Source: Guillardia theta CCMP2712
Taxonomy: Eukaryota > Protista > Cryptophyta
Direction: 5' to 3'
Assembly: GCF_000315625.1 (NCBI RefSeq)
Contig: NW_005434626.1
Coordinates: 445,448 to 509,447 of the forward strand
DNA length: 64,000 nt
Numbering within the stretch: the stretch's first letter is position 1; each line of letters begins with the position of its first letter. Under the pieces are notes generated by a model. The model was given only the letters and a program-made list of their open reading frames with translations. It made no database searches and was not told the origin of the DNA. The translations under genes were made by a program, and so were the position numbers. Positions 45,818 to 59,741 of the stretch are shown piece by piece.

Positions 45818-47769
45818 TTAGACATGGCTGTTGGAGCAGATGTCGGGGAGGACGCACAATTGTGAACTGGCTGGGATCATTGTCGTTTTCCTGTCCAGGC
45901 TCGGGTTGGCCAGGAAAAGAGTCGTGTTGCTCATCTGCAACACGATCATGTTTGACAAGCACGTGCGATGATACTGACCTGGAAGTTCCAGAGCAACCAA
46001 CTGAGAGCAGTGTCAACCGATGGAGTGAAGACTGGACCAAGACGGATCGCCACGTTTGACGGCATGTCGTCAAGATTTTCTGCTCACGCATCACTTGAAA
46101 CCTCTTGAAATGTCAGGAAGTCACCGGGAGTTTGCCAGGTGCTGATGCCATTCAATGAGATTGGCAACCTTGTTGCAACATTTGCAGACCAAATTTGCGC
46201 CCTGACAATCATCACAAGACGACAAGGGCAGGTAAATATGTACCAGTCTGTTTGAAACAATCGAGCTATGGTCAGGAGCGTCTCCTTTGGACTCGTGCAG
46301 TAAAAACACGGCAGAACCTCAACAAGAATGCATCTGAGTGACACAGTTATCATCTTGAAAGCCTTGCTCTTGATGACCTTTGGTTCGATGCATATCTATC
46401 ATGCACTTCAATGCAGATGTCCACCACTGATCCCATGTGCTTGGTCTGCATGTACTTGTGATCAGGATGGCGACAACTACCTGGCGTCATTAGACCTCTG
46501 GCAGCCACGAGACGTTGGCATAGATGAGATATGTTTGTCGGCCATCAGCGTACATCACTGCAAGTTGTCTTAGATAGAAGGCTTCTGTTTGCTCAGCGCA
46601 AATCAAGTACCATCGTTAGGTATGTTTGCACTTGCTGTCACATTCCTTTCCTTCAAAGTCAAGCAGACAACACACGCACAACACGTTCTTACCGCACGAA
46701 TAGAGGCTGCGACAACCTCGCTTGTCCAATTACAGCATTTGTTTGAACATTCCATAGGAAATTTGTGAAATTCACCTGGAGGGATACAAGTCAAGCCTTG
46801 CTTTGCAGTCGATGGCACTTCACGTTGAAGATCGAGTCTAAAGATTGCACAACCACCGCAAAGGGCGGCATTTCACAGTTTGAAACCGCAGCGTTGACCC
46901 TACTGATGCATGGGGTCGGGGAGTTGGAAGCAGCAACGCATTTCTGCGCTCACACAGTCAAGTGGGCGCATGCACATCCGACGACTCACAGCCCATGGAA
47001 TGATGGAAGGAGTCTCATCCTGCTGGGGCTGCAGCGACCCGTTGACCAGCTTGTAAACGGAAGCATTGAACCATGCTTGATATGTCACCGTCACCCTCTA
47101 ACACAAATGATTCTACAGTCTCACCATCCACAAATGCTGGCCGATATTCATACACGTAGAGCTGGAAGGTGTATGTCGTCCATGTTGATTGTTGTTGGTT
47201 CTTCGCAGATATGTTCAAATCAATTGTGAAATCCTACAGATCATCATGAGATATGGGCAAAACGGAAACGCGTTAACGTACGTGATTCACATGACTCTTG
47301 TATGGTGTATATACAAGGGTTCGAGTCCAAATACCGTTCTGCTCCTGAACAATTCCACTCCACTGCATCCCTGGGATTTGCTTGGAAAGGAACTGGAGAG
47401 AGTTTCCGAATTCAATATTTGCACTCGTCCAAGGCTGCTGCTGCAATGAAATATTCACTTGTAACTTGAACTCTATCCCTCCTGATCTGCAAACAGACAT
47501 AATTTAGAAACAATTGTCGCTTCTTGATGCTCAACTTACTTCATGCCCCAATATGCAATGTAGCTTTTGTTGTATTGGATGGACAAAGGCTCGAAAATCT
47601 CTGAAATGACTCCCGCATTGTACTGTATTGAACCATCTGCTGTGCATGGCGCTAGTCAGCCAGTAAATGCATGGACAACGGTCGACAACAAACCTGATGA
47701 GCTCGTCCCATGCAACAGCAGGAGGAAGCAGCCCAAGCACAATGCTCTTCTGCATTGCCTCACTCCCAT
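45818..47769 (-). CDS. Secreted protein with two C-terminal LysM-like domains; many short introns
   Basis: Signal peptide MGVRQCRRALCLGCFLLLLHGTSS. LysM1 CFYCTSPKETLLTIARLFQTDW|..QIWSAN. LysM2 LGPVFTPSVDTALSWLLWNFQ|MSNTTLFLANPSL...IPASSQLCVLPDIC. Confidence 0.72.
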
Positions 47770-49458
47770 GCTGAATCGTTAAGTCCACCCAGTTGATTCG
47801 AGTCTGCGGCGTTCCTGGCTACGGTTTCTCGCTCTGAAGGTCGTCTGACCCCGCGGTTGTCACCTTGCCGTGTTGGAGCTCACTGACAGAACGATCTCGC
47901 AGGGCACAGCTCAAGCCTCTACCGTACCGAACTGATGCGGCATTTCACCCTACCGTGAACTGACTGAGCTAAGTTAGTATGCCCTCTGAGTATGTCCGAC
48001 GGTTCAACATTGTGACTGCCGTGGCATTAGTGGCATCCTCTACACAGCGGCAACTTCTATCGGGAGCTCATCCCTTCCTCGCTGCTTCGCTCACCCCCGC
48101 CATCGCTGCCGCCATCTCCCATTGAAGCGTCAAGCGAACCAGGCAGATGGGTGTAGGCCGGTGCTGGACGGGGTGGGTGGGCTGAGGTGGGGATGAGGGC
48201 GAGCAAACATGAGACTGAGGGGGATGAGGCCAATGAAGCAAGAGCTGAGGCGGACTTACAACATGCTTGTAAGGCCACCTACCCCATCTACTTCAAAAGA
48301 TTGCAATCATACCCCTACCCCCTTAATTCCCAGCAACTTGAAGATAAAGACTACGAAGGACCGGGTGAAGTTTACTAAGTACCCCCACCCACTTCATCGT
48401 AGTCCCCTCCTCTAGCCCAGGAGAGCTCATTCTAGCAAAAGTTGGCGTGATTGAATTGTTAATCAAAACTTGTATACAAATAAAGGTACCAGTATCTTGC
48501 AAAACTTATATCAAATATTTAGCTATCAAATAGTTTGGTACAAATTATACATTGTCTCATTTAAACAATAGGCCACTCTGTTGCTGCAAGTGGGATGCCA
48601 CATGAGCTACTCCATGAGGGAAGGTTGAGCTCAACGAGGGGACGCGGAGGACAGTCGAGGGGAGGAGAACGATGGCAGGAGAGGAGGAGGAAGAGGAGGG
48701 CAGAGAGACTGGTAAGGCAGAGAGTAGAGCTAGCAACAGAGGCGAGGGCATGTACCTCTGCAAGCGGAACAAAAGAAGTTGACTAGCGTAAAGGTATGGA
48801 GATGTGGGGGAATGCGACAACGAGCTGTGATTGGAACCTTCATTCCTGAAGTGTTGTAATGGGTTCAACCAAGATGCGAAGGGAACATCGAAAGAAGCGG
48901 GAAGATGCTTGATTCGAATAGTGAATTGGAATTAACCGTTGACATGAACATGGTGGGTAGAAGTTTTCAATCTTGAAATAGAAGTGAATTGGAGCTGAAG
49001 TCATATTTTCTCGACTTGATAAATCTTTTGTAGATGAACGTATACAATGCTAGAGGGTAAATGAGATTTCGAGAAGGATTTTAGCCAGGAGAGACACTTT
49101 GTAATAGCGAAGTTGTTTATAGAACCTCTTGGTATAAGTTTATGTAATCGTTGATAACGAAACATCAAAGAGAATAGAACGAATCGGTATAACATGAACC
49201 ATCATCATATAATGACCGTGAGACAGTTAGCTCTGTCAGTCCTCGCTTTAGCCTGTGCATTCATCCAACTGTGTTCTTCATCTCCTTCATCCAGAGAACT
49301 GACCTAGTATGAGATAGCGTTTCTGTTCTCATGTGTGCTTATTGACGTTCATCTTGCAAGGTTGACGTTGGATACGTGGACTGTGAAGAGCAGCAACATA
49401 CTTTCATGCAACCTGGGAAGTGAATTTCGTACCGAGATTCAACTTCCCCTCCATTTGT

Positions 49459-50596
49459 ATGGGTGTGAGCAGCCAGCACGCCGAGTTTCAGCCTTCAAAG
49501 TCTGACAGGCAGGAGGCAGAGCTTCTTGTTCGGATAGACGCGCAGTCCCGGGAATCAAACGGCTCCACGACAGGTCAATCCAGTCAGAGTGGTGACAAAG
49601 CACCACCTGCATACATGGACAGGTTTCTCGATGCCCTCCCTGGACCCATCCAGTTCACAGTCCTTGCTTCTGCCGTCTTCATATTCTTCGGAGCGCACAA
49701 CTACCTGCAGGAAGCGATCTCGAGGATGCAGGGGTTCGAGGGGTTGGGAAGCATCTTGGGCTATCTGGAGGTGATGGGCGTGATGGTTTGCTCCTTCTTC
49801 GAGCGGATGATGGTGGGAGAGAAGGGCAGGACAGTGAAGGCGATGAACTACATGAAGTTAACCATGTGCTTGCTGGGCACAAGCTACCTCAGCACTGTTG
49901 GCCTCAATTACATCAACTATCCCACCAAGGTGGTCTTTCGAAGCTGCAAGCTGATCCCAACCATGGGGGTTGCGCTCGTCATGCACCACGAGAGGTTTAG
50001 CATGGTCGAGGTGCTCTCAGCAGTGTGCGTGTGTGCCGGGCTCGCTATGTTCGCGTTTGCAGACATGTCGGGGGAGCAGAAGGTCTCTACAGTTTACGGG
50101 ATGTCCTTGCAGGCGCTGAGCGTCATAGCCGACTCCTTCCTGCCCAACTTCCAGCAAGCCTTGTTTCGCCAGGGAGCGTCGACCTTGGAAGTGACGTACT
50201 ACACCAACTTGTACGTCTTCGTCATCATGACCTTCCTGGGTGGAGGCACCGGCCACCTCTTGGGCGCGTACAACTTCATCCTCAGCAATGCATGGGCGGT
50301 GATGTACTTGACCATCTACACCATCGTCGCGTACGTTGCTATCAGCTTCCACATGCGAGTTGTCTCCCGGTATGGAAGCGTGATCGCTGTTCTCGTGGGC
50401 AACATTCGAAAGGTACCTTGTTGTTTCTTCCGCCTCGGTCTCTCACGCTTGTTCTCAGGCTGGCACCATAGCGCTCTCCTTTCTGCTCTTTCCCAAGCCA
50501 TTCTCATGGTTCTACGTTTACGGAACGCTCCTCGTGTTCGGGGGTCTCACTGCCACCGCTTACGTCAAGGATAGACGTAGGAGGAGTCAGAAGTAG
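49459..50596 (+). CDS. SLC35B3: UAA-family nucleotide-sugar/PAPS transporter (SLC35B3-like)
   Basis: HNYLQEAI, LNYINYPTKVVFRSCKLIPTM, ADSFLPNFQ, VGNIRK|AGTIALSFLLFPKPF. About 10 TM helices. Confidence 0.85.
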
Positions 50597-50966
50597 TGCG
50601 TGCTAGGTCGTCTCGGAGTTGCGACAGCTTCAGGTCCTTAGCGTCGGTTGCGCTCGTGTGTCAAGACGGCACTTGCCAACCTGACTTGTGATAGTGTGAA
50701 AGTTGAAGTCGAGCAAGAGTTTATCACCATGGTCGGATGCAAAAGGAGGAACATTTAGCATTTTGAAATACCAGGATTAAATTCGTTTGCCGACTTGCAA
50801 CTTGCATCTGACATCTCTGCTTGCTTCTAACCTGACAGAGCTCATTATAGGAGTACTACTAGGCTATCAGTACCAGCGCCCCTCTACCCTGGTACTGGGC
50901 TAGAGGCGCTTTACTGTTACAGCCCTAGTACTGTACGTTAGGCCCTTCCATGGCGTCGGGTGGCCG

Positions 50967-53219
50967 ATGAGAAGGCGAGAAGAAGAAGGCGCGCGAGGGG
51001 TGACGAGGATGGCGATGAGGAGGAGCATGGTGGAGCCAACGATTGAGGACGCCAGGAGGATGCAGATGCTCTCCGCAGCCGCTCGATCCTATCGTCCTGC
51101 GTCCGCGCCCTCGTCCGCTGCGAGGCCCAAGGACAGGCGGGTGACGGGGAAGCAGGTGGAAGCGACGGGGAAGAAGAAGGGGACGACCTCCTCGCAGAGA
51201 GAGAAGAAGGTCTTAGCTGTCAAGGACACGAGCCGTCATGGGCAGCAGCGAGTGGAGGAGAGGAGCAGCGCGTCTCGGCATCCTCCCCATCCCTCCTCCT
51301 TCCAAAGCCTGTCCCGCTCCATGCCCGCCAAGTCTCCGTGGTCCCTGCATGAGAAAGAGAAGCTGTGGAGACAGTCTGTGCCCTTGTCAGAGGACGCGAA
51401 GGCGCAGGATGGAGGGCGGAGGAGCAACCAGACGCCATGGCTGGATTCAACCTCTGCCGACGAGGAGTTCCTTCATAGAGCGTCAGGGTCCTTCATGCAA
51501 CGTGAAGCAGCATGCAGCTCCTGCCGCGCTCTGACGCTGCTTGGCTAGGATCCTTCGATTCTTACTTCCCTAACTTGTCTCCTCCTACTCTCGTCCAGGT
51601 TCGTCTCTGACGTCTGACCTGCGCTGAGCATGCGGACAGCAGGGAGGGGGGATGGACGACTCGCAGTCAGAGCAGTAGCTTTCGAGCTCCTGCGTCTCTC
51701 TCTGACCTTGTCTAGGTTGCGCCAAGAGCACATGATGAGCCACACGCTCAACGACGAGCTTGACAAGCTGAAGCGAGAGTTTGATGACGTCGCCGCGCGC
51801 AACAGAGCTCTTCAAGACAGCATCTGCGTGCACATCGCCGGTGACAATAGCTCACCTCTCCTACAGGCAGTGACAGTCAGCAGAGAAGGAAGAAGCCGTC
51901 AACAAGTTCAGAGACACCCAGCAGAAGCTCAGCAGCGTGAGAGCTCGTTGTGAGTCAAGAGGAAGCTGATGTGCTGCAGGAGCTCGAGAAGATGCAGAGG
52001 CAGGAGCAACGATCGAAGCAACACGAGCAGGAGATGCTTGAAGTCACTCGCATGCTGCGAGAGGAGCAGGAGAAGGTAACATACTTCGAGATCCCGCTCC
52101 CATCAACCCGTGAGGATACAGGTGCTACGATTGAAGACGACGATCGAAACTCTTGAACATGATCTGCAAGAGGTTGTGAATGCAAACTGTGGCTCATCCA
52201 AGCTCATATCTAAGTATTTGCATTGGAAGGTTTTGAAGGAGAAAGACAATAACATACATTCCTTGGAAAAGTCTCTTGCGAAGGAGAGAGGAGAGAACTC
52301 GTATCTCAAGAGCAACCTGCATGAAGTACACTCCTGCCCTTGTTTCGACTAGTCCTGAAGGATATGTCAGACTGAACTCGCTCTGGGAGAAGAGAGGATG
52401 AAAATCTTTCACTTTGAGCACAAGATTATGGAGCAGGGGCAGCAGATCGAATACCTCAAGAGAGTTCGAGAGGAGCATCACAAAACCGAGAAGCAATTTC
52501 AAACACGAGAAACAGAATGGAACCAGAAGATGCAGGTGGGGCGAGAGAAAAGTTTACAACATGTTTGCAACATTTTCATTGCTGTCCAAACTAGACCTGA
52601 GAGGTTTTGTCAGCACATGGAGGAGAAGATATCAGAATACAACCTTGTGATCAGTCAGGTTGCTCTCTCCCGCCTCTTGCTCGCTGGTGCTGATGGATGG
52701 AACAGCTGAGGGAGACGATCGAGAGTCATAAGGATCAGGCGGCGGAGAAGAAGATACAGATTGCTCTCTTGCAGGTATCGCACACGTCATCGACGAGGAC
52801 GTGACGTGTGTTCAAAGGAAAGAATCAGTTACGCTGACAAGACCATCGAAGATCTGCAGAACAAGCTCACCCTAGCGGAGACATCAGCCAAGGAGCAAGG
52901 TACCATGACACTTGAGCTCACCATTGCGCTGACAGACTGAATGACAGCACAGAAGGCAGAGAGGTTCTCACAGAGCGAACATTCGACCATGTATCAGATA
53001 CGTGAGCTTCAGGACAAGCTCAAGGCACGCGAGACCTCTCGCAGCCGTTACTGACGAGGAGGCTGCTAGGACGCTCTGTTTGACGTCAAGTCAAACCATG
53101 AGGCCAAGGTCGTGCTGGAGGAGCACTCTCAGAACCTGCAGAGCGAAGTCGACGAGCTGCGACATCTGTACGAACGCGAAGTGAAGAAAACCCGAGGTGA
53201 CCATGCTGTTACTGCTGTT

Positions 53220-53255
<36 letters not shown>

Positions 53256-54302
53256 CCTCCTGCTCTCCCTCTTCCTCCACCTCCTCCTCCTCTCCTCCTC
53301 CTCCTCCTCCTCCTCCTCCTCCTCCTCCTCTTGATAATATCCAACGTGTTTCATGTAGATGCGCAGCAAGATTCCGATGAGAAGACGAGAAAGATAGAGG
53401 AGATGAAATCAGCTCTTGCTTCCCAAGAGTCCCTTGTTCATTCTCTCCGATCAGAGCTCGTACGAGCCTTTGGCTTGAGCTCCCCCTCCCCCTCCCCCTC
53501 CCCCTCCCCCTCCTTCTCCTTCCCCCCTCTATCCTCCTCCTCCTCCTCCGCCCCTTCACTATCGCCTCCAATGTGCCTGACCTGAAAGTATTTTTGCACT
53601 CCAGGACGAGCTAAGAAGCAGCAAGAAGAGCTTGGAGGATGAAAACAAGAGCCTGAGCCACCTCAAGCAGAACTTCCAAGACGTGCAGACGAAGCATGAG
53701 GTGCTTTCCTCTACCGCTGGGCCATGCGCGGAGACGTCTTGACTTTCTACTGTCCTTGTCTACAAGGTGACGGAGACAAAGTATCGAGCCCAGCAAGAGC
53801 TCTTGCAGAAGCAGTCGCAAGTACTTAGAGCACTGCAGGTCGTGCTGTTGTTTCCCAGCTCATGCACCTGATGAGAGGCCTCTGTTGCAGGAACGAGCGT
53901 CGTCGACAGAGCTCCAGCTGTCGTCCTTGAAGGTACAAGCCCCGTGGAGACGCTGCCGATGACGTCAAAGGCCTGCAGGGCGAGTACGATCAGTCGCGGG
54001 GGGAGTGCGAGAGCTTGCAGGAGCGGAGCAAGCGGATGGAGGAGGAGATGGCGCATGAGATCAGAGACTTGAAGGTGCTGCGAGTGAGAGCAGGACGAGC
54101 GTAACGCCATCCTGACAGAAGCAGCTTATGCTGCACAAGCGACGAGCCAACAAGGGCGCAGAGCTGAACAACCAGCTGCTGGGGCTGGTGACGAAGGTGC
54201 CTGACCTGAATCTCTTCGCCATGTCAAACTTGTCAGGCGATGGACGGCGACATGGATCAGGAGACGCTGGAGGAGCAGCTGCAGCCACTGAAACTAAAAT
54301 GA
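50967..54302 (+). CDS. Large coiled-coil protein of unknown function; many exons; ends approximate
   Basis: Successive short exons rich in E/Q/K/L heptads, bounded by GT-AG introns. Likely terminal exon AMDGDMDQETLEEQLQPLKLK*. Confidence 0.65.
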
Positions 54303-54403
54303 ATCAACTGATACTCCACGTCGTTGACGCGAAACACCGGGAGGTTGTCAAAAAGTTCATTTGTTCGAAAAGATGGCGGGATGCGTGAGCTAGCTTACAA
54401 GGA

Positions 54404-56367
54404 TTAGACATCCTTGGCACAATAGTAGGGCTTGGGTTGCGAGCAGTCAGCATCTCCGATCTTTCCACGGAGAGCTCCAACTCCAAACACTTGCACGCAG
54501 TTCTCGCCCCCATCGCTCTTAGGATATCCCGCTCCCCACTGAGAGATGAGGAACATGATGTTCGACTTGTCGACGTTGTACCACTCGTTTCCTCCGTCAG
54601 GCGATCTCTTCAAGCCGATCCAGAAGTCTTGCATGCGCATGCGATCGGAAACGGACTTGAGGTCAGACTGGCTGGCAGGGGAGTACACATGTCCTCCCCA
54701 GGCGTGGCACTTCATCTCGGCGATGTCGAACTTGTCAGGCTCAGTGTTGATCTGCAAGCAGAGCGTGTCGCCGATGGTCAACCATCCTCCAGCCCTGTCG
54801 CAGCGCACTTGGACAGACTCGGGGCCGAGTGGGCCGACTGAGCCTTCGGGTCCGGGCTTGCCCTCGTCACCCTGAGGGCCCACAGGCCCTTCAGGTCCAC
54901 GGGGACCCTGAGGCCCTGGAGGTCCGTAGAGACCACGAGGACCCTCGACGCCAGGAGGACCAGGATCACCCTCGGGGCCGGTGGGGCCAGGCTTGCCTGG
55001 AAGTCCGTCCTTGCCATCCTCTCCAGGAGCTCCGGGAGGTCCCTGCTCACCACGAGGACCATGGCTGTGCTCCTTAGTGACGATCTTCTTGCGAAGATTC
55101 TCGTCGTTCCACTTGAGCAGCTGCTTCATCTTGGAGTAGGCGTTGTCCTCCATAGTCTTCAGCCTGTCAACCCACATTCAATGATCTCACATCACTCGCA
55201 CATTGACCACCTTTCGATTCTAGCCTCTGAGGCTTCGATTCTCTTATGATTCTCCTTCATGAAGTACTCCAACTTCTTGATTCTCTCGGCGTTACTATCA
55301 TACCTGAAGAGAAGACGAAAGTCAACTCGTGCAAGACTATCACAAGATCTCACATTTTCTTGAAGATTTCCTTCAACAACATCTTGTTGCAAGCCTTTGT
55401 GCAGACGCCACCGGGGCACTTCAAGCAGCACGATGGGCAGGGGCTGGGCCTCTGCACGGAGATCGGGCCAGTGAAGCGAACAACAGTGGGTGGCTGCGCT
55501 GGAGGAGGAGGAACTGCCTTGATCTCAAGGTTCTTGATTGGGACTGGGGCAGGAGGAGGCAAGTTCAGGCTTCCACCGATCTGTTCGCGTCATGTCAGCT
55601 TCAACTCATCATCTCCTCGTGACTCACAGCAAACGCATTCGCTGGCTCGGCATCAAGCTGCTGAGCCTGTGCAGGAGAGATGGGGCTCAGCTGCTGCCAG
55701 TTCGCTGGAATCCCCTGAGTGGCTGTTTGATACTCGACAAGCTCTGAGGTCTGCAAGGACAAGAAGAGATCAGCTGATTTGAATTGCTTCTTAACAGAGA
55801 ACAGATGGTGTATCGACGTCTAACAATGAAACGAACTTGCAGGCACAGAGCTGGGCTGGACGAACAGTCGGGATGATTCAAGTATACATAAACTATACAC
55901 CCTCCGAGACATCAAACATAACGAGGAAAAACAAAACATGCAGCAATGACAATTATCTTTTGACAAACAGCAGTGTTGAGGTATACAAAGATCGCAACTT
56001 CAACATACCCACTACCTCTATCCACCCATGTCCCCCCGACATTCACAAAACTCACTCTTGAGGCCAAAAACAGCCAACCACACTCTAACGTGACTAATGA
56101 CATCATGGTTATCATCAAGATCAAAACCCTTGTCAATCAACATCAACACGTCCGTGCTCCCACTATAATAGCATACTGCTCCACCTAACTCCATTTCTTC
56201 CATATCGTCGAAACATCATCAACGGCAGATCAAACATTCATCCTAGTCATCCTAGTCATCGTCAAGGTTTTCCGCACCTTTGGGGTCGTCCTATTCATCG
56301 TGATGATCATCGCCATCACCAGCAGCGTCCCCGCGGCTCCCGCCGCCTTCGCCGCCATGCCAGCCAT
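54404..56367 (-). CDS. Collectin-like protein: N-terminal hydrophobic anchor, Pro/Cys-rich segment, coiled coil, 27 Gly-X-Y triplets, C-type lectin-like domain
   Basis: [17 protein letters not shown]; [17 protein letters not shown]; uninterrupted (GXY)27; CTLD with C..WGG, FWIGL, W..GYP, ENCV, DADC...YYC. Confidence 0.85.
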
Positions 56368-56835
56368 GGCTCTTCGCGAGACACCTCTTCCCGCGGGAAC
56401 CCTCATCCCCACTAAGTTCGATCCCTCATCCCCCCAACCTGTGCAACCACCCCCACCCCTTCTATGACCCTCTACTTGAGGGAATTATGACCCCTACTTT
56501 GACTTCGCCCCTCATCTCCCCTAAGTCCCGAATGTATGTCTTTGGCCTGGTCTTTGGCCAGGTCTTTGCAGAGGTCTTTGGCCCTCATCCAGGCCCTCAT
56601 CCCCACATTACCTTTGTCCCTCATCCCCTCCTACTCCCCTCCTCGGAAAGGGGTCCAGACTACAGGAAAATAAGGGGTAGCACTTGGGTAAAGAGGGGGT
56701 GGTGGTCGACAGATTAGAGATAAAGGGGTAGTGAGAAGAGAAATCGGGGGTAGGGGTGGATATAGGCAGCCCCTGTAGAACCTAAGTGAAAATGTTCATC
56801 GGAGAAGATTAATGGAGGCCAACGAGTGATGGCGC

Positions 56836-56871
<36 letters not shown>

Positions 56872-56888
56872 TGAGCAGCATGGGGAGA

Positions 56889-56985
<97 letters not shown>

Positions 56986-57099
56986 TCACTGTGCTGGACA
57001 ATAAGGGAGATGACGAGATGGCGATGGCGACGGTAATATCGATGAATAAGTGTATGGTAAGGGAGAGGGGAAGGGAAAGGCACTGAGGCCATCATGATA

Positions 57100-59650
57100 G
57101 AAACATGCAAGGGGATTCAAGCACTTGTGGAGGGGAGGTTGAAGAGCGGTCGCGAGCTGAAGTATAGGAGGGAGATCAAGGCGATATGAGATGAAGGCAA
57201 CATTCGAAATATTTGAATAGGAGACGTTTACATAGCCTTCCAGACATGATGGTGACAGACAGGCTAAACGAGTTGACATGGTGACAGACAGGCTAAACGA
57301 GTTGACATGGCAGGTGTAGCGCTGAGAGGTGTTTCCTGTTGGATTCCAGAGATCGCTTGCAAGGTCGAACAACAAGGGAGACATGAAGAGATGACAGCAA
57401 GCATCATGAACCAACATCTGCGTGCATGCACGTGTGCGGAGAGAATTGAGAAAGAGTGATGGAGGCGGGAGAAAGTTGTACATCAAACAGCCATGTTGCA
57501 GACAGCAAGACAGTGCATTCTCCTTCTGCTCCTTACGATGTTGAACTGCTCGAACGTGCACACTGAGCTCGCAGACACTATGTTCGAGACCAGGTGCTAC
57601 AGTTGTTGAGTTGCGTTGAGGAGGAGGTTTTACTGAGCTGGTTCCTGTCAGGATGTGGGGCAGTTTCGAGCATCGCAACCCGCACAACGTAGGAGATGTG
57701 TCTTCATTCTTTCGAATGAGGGACGAGGAGCTGGTGGATCTGCTTCAAAGAGATTCAGGATCGTGTGACTCCCTGTGAGTTCTCTATTGAGATGTTCATT
57801 CAAGTCTCATGTATGTCACCAGAGATCAGTCGCAAGATTGCTTCTCGTCGCAAAGTGCTCAGAGCGGGAGACCGAAAAATCGTTGCCATCACATCGGAGG
57901 TTGCAACAAGCGAGCCATCTTTGGCGATGTTCGAGGGAAAGGACTGTTCTGCGCGGAGCACAGACACGAGTGAGACGATCGACCTCTGCTGGGCTTCACG
58001 TGAACCTGACATGACTGTAGGTCACACGTGGACTTGAACAGGAAGAGATGCAGGTCTTGTATTCCTCCTCCTCTACCTCTCTCCTTCCCTCCTTCCCTCC
58101 CTCCTCCCTCCCTCCTTGCTTCCTTTCCTCTTCCTCCTCTCTCCCCCTTGCTCACTCTTTCCCTTCTTGCTCCTCATTCACGTAGACGTCACGTTCACAT
58201 TCAGAACAGGCATGCAGAAGGCTGCAACGAGTTTGCCAACTATGGTGACCAGCTACGAAACTCCAAACATGTTCAGTTCTGCAAGAGGCACAAGGAGATG
58301 GATCACAGCTCGACAAAGAGCTACTTGTGTAATTCACCAGGTTCTTGTTACCTTACAAACATTCCCCTCCCCTTCACCCACTGCCTCCTCAGCGTGTCCT
58401 TCTCCTTTCATCTCTCGTCACTCGCTTTCCTCCCTCACTCCTGGTTGTTTCCTCGTCCTCCCTCTCTGCCCTCTGAATCGTTTTATCCTGCTCCCATCTC
58501 GCTCTCCCCCATCCCCATGGTTGTCTCTTTGTTCTTCTCCCTCCCTCTTCTCCCTCTCTCTTCTCCTCCCTCCTCCCTCAGACTCCTTCTATCGCCTCCC
58601 TCTCTCTCTCTTCTCAATCCTCTGAACAAGGAGCTTCTAGGTTGCTGTCTTTCAGCAAGCTTCGGCCCGAAAGACACGAGAAGGCCCGTCACCTGCAAGA
58701 AACATTCGCAAACAAGTTTCGTGGACCTCCGACATGCATCATGCATCCATCACAACTGCACGAGGTGGGGGAGAGGAGGGGAGGAAGAGAGGGGGGAGGG
58801 AGGGAGAGGGAGGGAGAGGGAGAGGGAGAGGGAGAGGGAGTGAAGCAGCAGCAGCAGCAGCAGCATGCTGCCGGGTTAGAGCTGACAGGCTCATGTAACG
58901 CAGGAGGGCATACTATGGGGAGCTCGGCAAGAGCGCGCAGACTTGCTTGCTGCATCGGCGGGAAAACTTCGTAGACCTGACATCGAAACTTTGTGAGCAT
59001 GCGCGAGACGGATTGAGATGCGTGAAGCAAGCAAACTTCGGATGTCTCAGTGAACGAAAGAAGGTGAAGGAGGAGAGAGGAAAGATCTGCTGAGCTGACG
59101 GCCTGCTTGCTCGCAGCGGTTTTGCTCGAGGCACAAGAGGGTGGGGGATGTCGACCTACGGCTGCGCAATAGAACGGCAGTTGAAGTTCTGCTGGAAAAG
59201 GGGAGGGGACGAGGAGAGGAGGGGAGGGGACGAGGAGGGGAGGGGACGAGGAGGGGAGGGGACGAGGAGAGGAGGGGAGGGGACGAGGAGGGGAGGGGAC
59301 GAGGAGAGGAGGGGAGGGGAGGGGAGGGGGTGAGATTGGAAGGGAGCGACGGAAAGAGCCCGAGGACAAGAAGCCACGAAATTTTGTACTCGAGATATAG
59401 TTGATTGACTGCAGAAACTCCAATAATGAGATGATAGAGAAAAAGGAGAGGGAGAGGGCGGAGAACAGGACGCTGAACAATGAAGCACAAAGGAGGAGAA
59501 GAAAAGGATTGAGACGATTACACTCTTGAGTTTGTTTCTTCCAACATCTTGTTTTCTCAACATCTTTGTTAACTTACATACTCGCTCACATTCATATGGA
59601 AGCATCAAGCTGACATCCTTGCATACAATGAAGTTGAGATTCCTTCTGAT
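57100..59650 (-). pseudogene. Probable decayed alpha-helical (HEAT/ARM-like) gene
   Basis: Coding-like helical stretches (QVYEVFPPMQQASLRALAELPI; ITQVALCRAVIHLLVPLAELNMFGVS*LVTIVGKL) are broken by in-frame stops and by a 29-bp tandem duplication at 57249-57306. Confidence 0.35.
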
Positions 59651-59741
59651 CAAGATCTTTGCTTGTCGTTAAGGCTCACAAACCTTTTCCTCTACCGTCT
59701 CCTGTCCTGTCATAGGCTTCCCCTTCCCTTTCCCTCCCCTC

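Noticed and set aside
49212-49310. Signal-peptide-like ORF upstream of the SLC35B3-like gene
   Set aside because: It ends in TAG, and I could not splice it in frame to the transporter.
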